64,000 nt of DNA from NCBI GenBank assembly GCA_963663165.1, contig OY760175.1:3552001-3616000 (forward strand), read 5' to 3'. Positions 10,001-17,397 of this stretch are shown piece by piece; position 1 is the stretch's first letter; the number at the start of each line of letters is the position of its first letter. The stretch is from an uncultured Desulfospira sp. (GTDB lineage Bacteria; Desulfobacterota; Desulfobacteria; Desulfobacterales; Desulfobacteraceae). Below the pieces are notes generated by a model. That model did no database searches, had not been told where the DNA came from, and saw nothing but the letters and a program-made list of their open reading frames with translations. Both the position numbers and the translations under genes were made by a program.

Positions 10001-13000
10001 TCCAGGGTCAGTTCAAGTTCATCCGGCGCATTGGCCGGCACATCAATGGCCATGGCCTGGGATTCAAAGCGGTCGCCGGATGCAATCCGGGCCACGGTCC
10101 GGCCGTTGGCAAGCTTGACCACGCTGCTGCCCAGAACCTGGGTATAAGTTCCCGTGGAAAGGATGTTGCCGTCTTCATCACTGAGGTACAGGGTGATGTC
10201 CAGGGAAGCGCTGCCGTCGGATTCAGCGGTAACGATCTCGATTTCTTCATCCCCGGTATTTTCCAGGGTAAAGGCAATCTGGCCCGTACCGCCCCGGACA
10301 AACTCGTTATTGGTAAAGGACAGCTGGAGCATGCCGATGCCCACGCTGATTTCACTGTTGGTCCCGATTTGGACCAGTTCCCCCTCATTGGGGGTGATCT
10401 CAATTGCCGAATAAAGGGCGGCCGTATCGGGCAGGTCACTGTATCCGCCGACCACCACCGGCACGGTTAAGGACTGTCCGGCCCCAAGGTCAAAGCTTTG
10501 GGACACATGCTCAACCCCTTCCACGGTGACCCTTAAGACGGCATCTGCCACATCAGAAGACCCGCTGTTGGTCACGATGTAGTCAAGCCGGTTCATCAGC
10601 CCGCGTCTCAGGCTTGCATCTTCGCCCAGGGTGGCCGTCATCAGCGGCAGGACAATGCTGCGGCCAAGGCTCTGCTGGCCATCGGTATTTTCGGCAAAAA
10701 CCGTATACCGCCGTTCACTGCCGTCAAATGTCTCATCGGTAAAAACGGATGCCGTCACCAGGGCGGTGTTAAGCTGTACGGCACTGCCCTCGGGTCCCTG
10801 GTAGATATCATAACCCGCGATACTTGACCCGGAATGGGTCCAGGAAATCTCCGGATTGCCATCATCCACCCGGATCACCGTCAAGGTTTCAACGGGCAGC
10901 AGTTCAAAGTCAAGGTAACCCGTCCCGGACGGGACAGACTCGTTACCGGCCTGGTCCACCGCCGTCACCGCGTAACAGTGGTGGCTGGCCGATGGGCTTG
11001 TATCTATAGCTGCGATACCCTCAATTCCTGTATGGACGGACACCAGTCCTTCAACAGAATTAAATACGGTGTTGGCGTCCCCGGCACCCCGGTACAGGGA
11101 ATAGGTAAGGGTCTGTGTTGAAGCGGATACCGATGGGGTCCAGGCCGCCTGTATCCCCTGGGGGGTCAGGGTCAGGGTAAAGTTGGTCGGCGCGTCCGGC
11201 GCTGTGGCGTCAGAGACAACGTTAATGGGGTCACACATATCGCTTTGGGCTGTCTCGCCGTTTTCATGGCGCAGGCTGGCCAGGGCATAGGTATAGGTGC
11301 CTTCTGTTTCAGGCTCGTCTGTGTATTCCGTAACCGCACCCAGGGTTGCCAGCTCGGTCAGTTCCGATTCCCCGGGAGCCATGCGGTAAAGTTTATACCC
11401 GGATGCCAGGTCCACGGCATCCCAGGAAAGCTTTATCTTTCCAAGGGGCAGTCCGGTGCCGGTGAAGTTTTCGGGCACATCCAGGGGCGGCAGGTCTCCC
11501 TGATAAACCTGAAAAGTATTGGCTGCGGTAATTTTGCCGGACAAATTGTCCAGATCATCCACAGCTGAATAGGTAAACTTCAGGGTTTCGGCCTGGGCTT
11601 CTCCGGCATTGGCCGGCAGGGTAAACGCGGCCTGCCAGGTCTGGGCATGGCCGTCCATGGTGCTGATCCGGCTGATGGCGTCAATAGTGACCGGACTTGC
11701 CTGTGTAATGGAAAGGGTATAGGCCAGTGCCGGCGCCTGTCCGTCTTTAACGGCTTCGGTCAGCCCGAGTACAACCGTTATATCAACAGGTTCAACCGGA
11801 TTAGTTCCCTCTTTTTCGTTCTTTACAGGGGCCCCGGGGGTTATCCGGATATCCGCCAGGACCGGGCCGTCCGTGTCAATGGTTACGGAACCGCCTGAAG
11901 CGATACTGTCCCCCCGGTTCCCGGCCTCGTCTTTGGCTGAGAATACGGCATAGGCCGTGCCCGTGGGCGTATCTGAATCAATGACAAACAAGCCGGAGTA
12001 GACCAGGTCGGAATCCTGATCCAGGTCAACGGTCATGGGAACGGCCCCCACCGGGTTAATGCTCAGGAAGGGGGTGGTGGCAAGGGGTTCGCTGACCCTA
12101 AGGGTCAGGTAGACAATCCCGGGTCCCATGCGGCCGGTACCGGCATCATAGGGACCGGTGGGCGAGTATTCAATGGACACAGCCTGAGGGGCCACCCGGT
12201 CCGATCCCCCTGACACCACACTGGACAACGGGCTTTCATTGCCGGCATAGTCCACGGCTGTAACCGCATAATAATATATTCCGTCCTGTCCGGGCAGGTC
12301 TTTATACAAGGTTGCCGTGATCAGGCCCGTATTGAGCAAAGCGGCCTGGCCTACAGTCGTAAATGCTGAATCCGACCGGTAAAGGTGATACCCCGCCACC
12401 GTGGTGTCCAGGGGCTTGCTCCAGCTAAGGGACACAACGCCCGAAGCCTGGGACTGGGCTTTAAGGTGTTTGGGACTTTCAGGAACGGAGCGGTCCAGGG
12501 TTACCGTAATAACGGCACTCAAAGGCCCGGCCCCTTTCCGGTTAACCGCTTGAAAGGTCAGCTCATTGTTTCCGTCCGTCAGGGTCACCGTACCTGAAAA
12601 GCTGCCGTTAAAGGCACTGAGGGTGGCCGCAAGGGTGCCGTTCTGGTAGACTTTCACGGATGTGACGTCTGCTGATACGGTTCCGGCAACCGCCAGTATG
12701 GGATTGCTGGTGGTCAGGCCTGAAACCGGCTGGGTAACATTCGGGGCATCGGGCAAAGAAAGTGCCAGTTCCCCGGTAAAGGTTTTCTGGGATGAATACC
12801 CGGTGGTGGAATGAACCGCCACACGCAATTCAAAATCGCCGTCCGTCAGGCTGCTCACCGGCACAACCCCGCTCAATCCGTCACCGGCCGAGGTATCCTG
12901 GGCCAGCAGGCGCCAGGCGCCATCCGGCAGATCCCTGCCGTAAATATTGGCCATGGCAATGCCGTCTGCATCGGCAGCGGTCACGGCAACGGTTACGGTT

Positions 13001-15258
13001 GCCGTTGTAAAGGTAAATCCGTCACCCAGCGCCGCCCCCTGGGCCGTAACACCGGTGATCACCGGAGACAGCCTTAAGGTGTAGCTTGCTTTTGCCGGCC
13101 AGTAATCCTCATTGCCGTCCTGGATGGCGGTCACGGTAACGGGTCCGCCCTGAAGCACGGTGAAGATATCTGAATCAACCGTGGCAATCGATGTGTTGCT
13201 TGACACAAACCGGACTAAAAGCCCGCTGGTGGCCGTGGCGGTCAGTGCAGAACCAGCAACCGGTTCGGTAAAATTGACGGTTTGACTTTCTTTGGTTCCT
13301 GAAACCGAGGACACCGCCGGATTCAGACCGTCAGAAACATTAACGGCGGCCACGGCAAAATAATACCCTGAAACATCCGAGATGGTGCCCAGGGATGCCT
13401 GGGTACCGGACAGGGTTGTCACAGGCGTCAGGCCGGTGACATCTACAATGGGTGAACTATCTTTGTAAACCGCATAATATTGCAGCAGGCCTGAAGATCC
13501 TGCCGCATCCCAGGTCAGATAGACGTTATCGCCGTCAGCGGTAATAGAGACATTTTCCGGATTGGCAAGCCAGGTGGCACCGGTAACGGAGTTGCCTTGA
13601 CTCTCATTGCCGAACTTGTCCACCGTGGTGATCTTAAAGGGATACCCGGTGGCTGCGGACAGGTCTGTCGTCGTCCAGGATGTCTGGTCTGCGGCCAGCG
13701 TAAGCGGCTCGGTGCTGCCGCCAAAATAAATCAGATAATGGGATAAGAATGATCCCGCCCCTTCAGGGGGATCCCAGGTAAAGGTAAGGCTGGTTTCATC
13801 GCTTTGGACCGCCAGGTTGGAAACCTCTCCCACACCGGACACCGATGTCAGGCCCGAGCGGGCATAGACCGTGGCATTATAATTGCCCATTGCGTCTTTG
13901 GCCACCACGGCAAAATAGCGGATGGCCCCACCGGGCAGACCGGAAAGGGTATACTGCTGAATACCCGCCCCAACTGAGGCAAAGGGGACCATGCCGGTAA
14001 CGTCCGTAAAAAATGCGGTACTCACATAAATATCATATTGCAGCACATCCAGCTGGACCGCCTCTTCATAACTGCTCCAGTCCAGGATCACCGCGCTGTA
14101 TTCGTCAGAAGCGGTTTCTACGGAAAAACCGCTGTCGCTGCCCGTGACCGGGTCCGGCACCGCTGAATCCGGGGTAAGGATGGATGCGGCCCGGGATATG
14201 ATCTCTTGGAACGGTATGGGCTTTTGGTTGCCGGTGAACAGTGACACTTCTCGGGAAATTACCTGGGGACTAAGCACATATGAGGCTGAATACACAACGG
14301 TTTCGTTATAGTTGCCCAGGCCGTCTACGGGCACCACGGCAAAATAATAATCGGTGAAGGCGGTCAGCCCTTCAAGGGTGACAGAGGTACTCTCTGCCGA
14401 GACACTGACCACGGAAAGTCCTTGTGCCGGAACCGTGTCAAAGGGGCCGTCGCTGGTGTAATAGATGTCAAATCGGGTAATATCCGCCTGGGACCACTGG
14501 TCATAGCTTTCCCAATCCAGGGTGACCGTACTGCCGTCACCGGAGACGGTGATCACCGGATCATCCACGATGTCCGGGGGATCGTTTGTAACCGAGACAA
14601 TACTCACCGATCTTGACACCGGCGAGCTTAAGGCGACATCCCTGGGCCCTGCATCAACAAACAGGGTCATTTCCCGGGAAACCACCTCGGGGCAGAGTAC
14701 ATACCCGGCCGCGTATGAGACATCGGGGTCTGAATTGCCCAGACCGTCCACGGGCACCACCACAAAAAAATGATCCGTAAACTCGGGCAGATTTTCAATG
14801 GTAACGGTTGTGGTTTCAGCCGATACGGTGATGGTGTTCAGGCCTTCGGCATTAAGATCGGTAATGGGGCCGTCGGATGAATAATAGATCACAAACTCAA
14901 CAACATCCCCGACAGACCACTGGTCATAGCTGCTCCAGTCCAGAACCGCCGTATCCCCGGTGGGGGACAGGGTAACGTCAAGGTCTTCTATAGGTGCGGG
15001 CGCCGTGCTGTCTACATTTAACAGCCCCACACTCCGGCTTGTGATTTCACGGATTTCATCGGGCCGGCCATTGGGAACAAACAGGGACACCTCTTTGGAA
15101 AAGACCTCATTAATTCCCGGGCCTTTCTCAAATCTGATGATACTGGTTTCCCTGGAAAAAACCTCCTTAATCAGGATGGTTTCATCGGCAAACCCCTGGG
15201 CCGTAAGCCCGTACAAAAGGGCAAAAAAAGCGACTGCGGCAAGAACAAACCGGTGCAT
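4066..15258 (-). CDS. Giant secreted FN3/Ig-like + YD-repeat/RHS core protein with Cys-rich C-terminal tip
   Basis: 3730 aa, signal peptide, many FN3-like repeats (LxW...YxxY...YxVTAVDxAGNES), YD repeats, RHS core ([37 protein letters not shown]...[10 protein letters not shown]). Confidence 0.92.
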   Translation of the reverse strand: [3730 protein letters not shown]

Positions 15259-15297
15259 GGCGGACTCTCCCCCCTAACGATCAGGGTGATTCAGGTT

Positions 15298-16725
15298 TTA
15301 GGGCCGGATCACTTTAACCTGTACGGCAGCATACCCGGTGGAAACCGGCAGCTCCGCTGTCCAACGGATCGTGAGTGGATCTTCACCAACCTGTACTTTA
15401 TCTTCGGCATCTACCTCCACCTCAGTATAAGTAGCATTAAACTTGGGGGTAACCCGGACCTTAACCGTGGACTCCCACTCAACATTCGTGGTCTCAATCA
15501 ACACCGAGGCCGTGGACACCTCATCAAGGACCACATCTGCACCGTTGGTCCCAAAAGAGGCATAGGGGTCATCCGGGCTCTCCACTGTCTGCTCCTCTCC
15601 CTCCGGGCCATAAGTAAAGGAAATAATCTTTACCGTTGGAGCAGTGGACGGCGGCCATATAACCGGTGCGGTATTGTCCTCAAGAGCCAAAAGGCTGGCG
15701 TCAGGCGTAACAGCCAAAGTATTGCTGTTATTTACCCTTTCAATGCGGATACGCCCATCGCCGCCAGTCTGATAGCCGCCGCCGCCGATAGCTTCCACGA
15801 TTCCCGTCCCAGCCAGGGTGGTGGCCACAAGCCTTATGCCGCCGCCACTTCCGCCGCCGGTTTCTGAAGAAGAGTAGTTTCTGCCCGTCCCCCCATCGGC
15901 CTGGATGATGCCGTTAACGGTAAGGGTGCCCTGACAGATAATGAGTATGGCACCGCCTCCGCCTCCGCCTCCATATGGCCTTTCCGGGTCACCACCGCCC
16001 CCGGACCCACCGATCAAAGGGACAAGGGCCGGATTTCCATATGTCTCGGGTCCCCCACCACCTTGTGTTCCATAGCTGCCGGCATAACCACGGTAGGATA
16101 TCCGCCCCCCGCCGCCGGGCCCCAAGCCTGCAGCGCCTGTAGCACTGGCAGAATAGGTACCATCTTCGTCCTGATAGGTACCCATCCCCCCCCTGAAGCC
16201 GCCGGGGCCGGATTCGGCAAGCGTCGGAGAAGCCTGATAGCTCTGCCCGTTCAGGCTCAGGGTGCCGTTAATGGTCACATCTCCGCTGACCAGCCAGACC
16301 ACGGGGGCCCGCTTGGGATGGTTGGAAAAGCTTAACGTCACGCCGGAATCAACGGTAACGCTGGTATACTTAAACACCACCGCCCACTTGTCTCCATCAT
16401 AAATTCCTTTCCCGGCATTGGCCGAGTTGTCGGCACTCCAGATACCATCCTCAGCTTCAGACAGGTCAATCTGTGTATCAGTAGAAATTTGCAGCGCACT
16501 GTCAGAGTAGACACTTACATCCGGAATCGTTATCGCTGCCATGGCCTCAGGCACGGCAAATGCCAGAAACAGAAAGACAGCCAGGCAAAAAAGCCCGGCC
16601 CAGGAACCGCCGGACCTGGCCGGATTCCCCTCCGGTGCTGGTTTGAATTTAACAGAAAAAAAACGGGTTAACAAATAATCCCCGCCCACATATTGTTTTT
16701 GATGATCACCCCTGGACTTGCCCAT
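15298..16725 (-). CDS. Exported glycine-rich protein of unknown function
   Basis: ATG at 16725 preceded by GGAGGG. Hydrophobic segment ending AMA-A. Repeats GGSGGGG, GGGGGGGAILI, GGGSGGGIRL. Confidence 0.75.
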   Translation of the reverse strand: MGKSRGDHQKQYVGGDYLLTRFFSVKFKPAPEGNPARSGGSWAGLFCLAVFLFLAFAVPEAMAAITIPDVSVYSDSALQISTDTQIDLSEAEDGIWSADNSANAGKGIYDGDKWAVVFKYTSVTVDSGVTLSFSNHPKRAPVVWLVSGDVTINGTLSLNGQSYQASPTLAESGPGGFRGGMGTYQDEDGTYSASATGAAGLGPGGGGRISYRGYAGSYGTQGGGGPETYGNPALVPLIGGSGGGGDPERPYGGGGGGGAILIICQGTLTVNGIIQADGGTGRNYSSSETGGGSGGGIRLVATTLAGTGIVEAIGGGGYQTGGDGRIRIERVNNSNTLAVTPDASLLALEDNTAPVIWPPSTAPTVKIISFTYGPEGEEQTVESPDDPYASFGTNGADVVLDEVSTASVLIETTNVEWESTVKVRVTPKFNATYTEVEVDAEDKVQVGEDPLTIRWTAELPVSTGYAAVQVKVIRP

Positions 16726-16832
16726 GTGTCCCTCCAAATTGATATAATGTAGTGCTTTTAGTTTTATAAATTCACGACCCGGCACACCGGATCACATTTT
16801 TTTCAATAAAGAACGGTAACAATATAAATAAA

Positions 16833-16848
16833 AGCAATTTTCGTACCT
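16833..16848 (-). promoter_or_regulatory. Sigma-54 (-24/-12) promoter of the RHS cluster
   Basis: Minus strand reads AGGTACGAAAATTGCT, i.e. GG-N10-GC, close to consensus TGGCACG-N4-TTGC. Confidence 0.7.
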
Positions 16849-16877
16849 GAATCGTACAAAAATATTTATCCTTATTA

Positions 16878-16890
16878 TATCAACAGGTTA
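16878..16890 (+). promoter_or_regulatory. IHF binding site
   Basis: TATCAACAGGTTA matches WATCAANNNNTTR exactly and lies between the sigma-54 site and the enhancer. Confidence 0.6.
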
Positions 16891-16937
16891 TTTATTTAAC
16901 GCAAAATTTCGCCGACGAGGATTATTACTTTTTTTAC

Positions 16938-16982
16938 ACACATTGTGGAAAAAACTTCACAATGTGTCCAAAAAAATTCACA
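16938..16982. promoter_or_regulatory. Putative enhancer (UAS) for a sigma-54 activator
   Basis: Two TGT-N12-ACA sites (16944-16961, 16965-16982). The first sits within the inverted repeat ACACATTGTG-N10-CACAATGTGT. Confidence 0.55.
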
Positions 16983-17222
16983 CTTCGTACTCCCTGGATC
17001 AAAAGATCGCCGGCGATCATCAAAAGGGAAAAAAAGGAGGCCAGCGAAAGGAAACGGGAGACCGGATGGTGCGAAATCTACATACAGAAGTATAGCGGGA
17101 TAGTTTCTACCCCTTGGGATATGCTTCTCTGTGGTGTTTGGCGCAAGTCAAACCTCTGTGCCCCTCGGTGGTTTAAAACAAGAAATCCCGAAGGGTTTGA
17201 AAGGTTCTTATAACCTTTTTAG

Positions 17223-17337
17223 GATGTTAAAATCGATGGCTTCGCCCTCTTTTTTATATATTCACGCAAAGGCGCTAAGGCGCAAAGAATTTCACTGTCC
17301 AAAAAAATTTAATCTTTGCGCCTTTGCGTGATTTTTT
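17223..17337. repeat. Palindromic intergenic repeat, family A (copy 1, inverted)
   Basis: CACGCAAAGGCGCTAAGGCGCAAAG...CTTTGCGCCTTTGCGTG. Reverse complement matches ~53826-53932 and ~62341-62463. Confidence 0.85.
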
Positions 17338-17397
17338 AGTTTTTTTTTGCAATCAGACTGCAAAATATCCGCATCCGAATGAAGAAAAATCACGTTT

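Noticed and set aside
15253..15867. 204-aa plus-strand ORF
   Set aside because: Antisense shadow of the Gly-rich gene.
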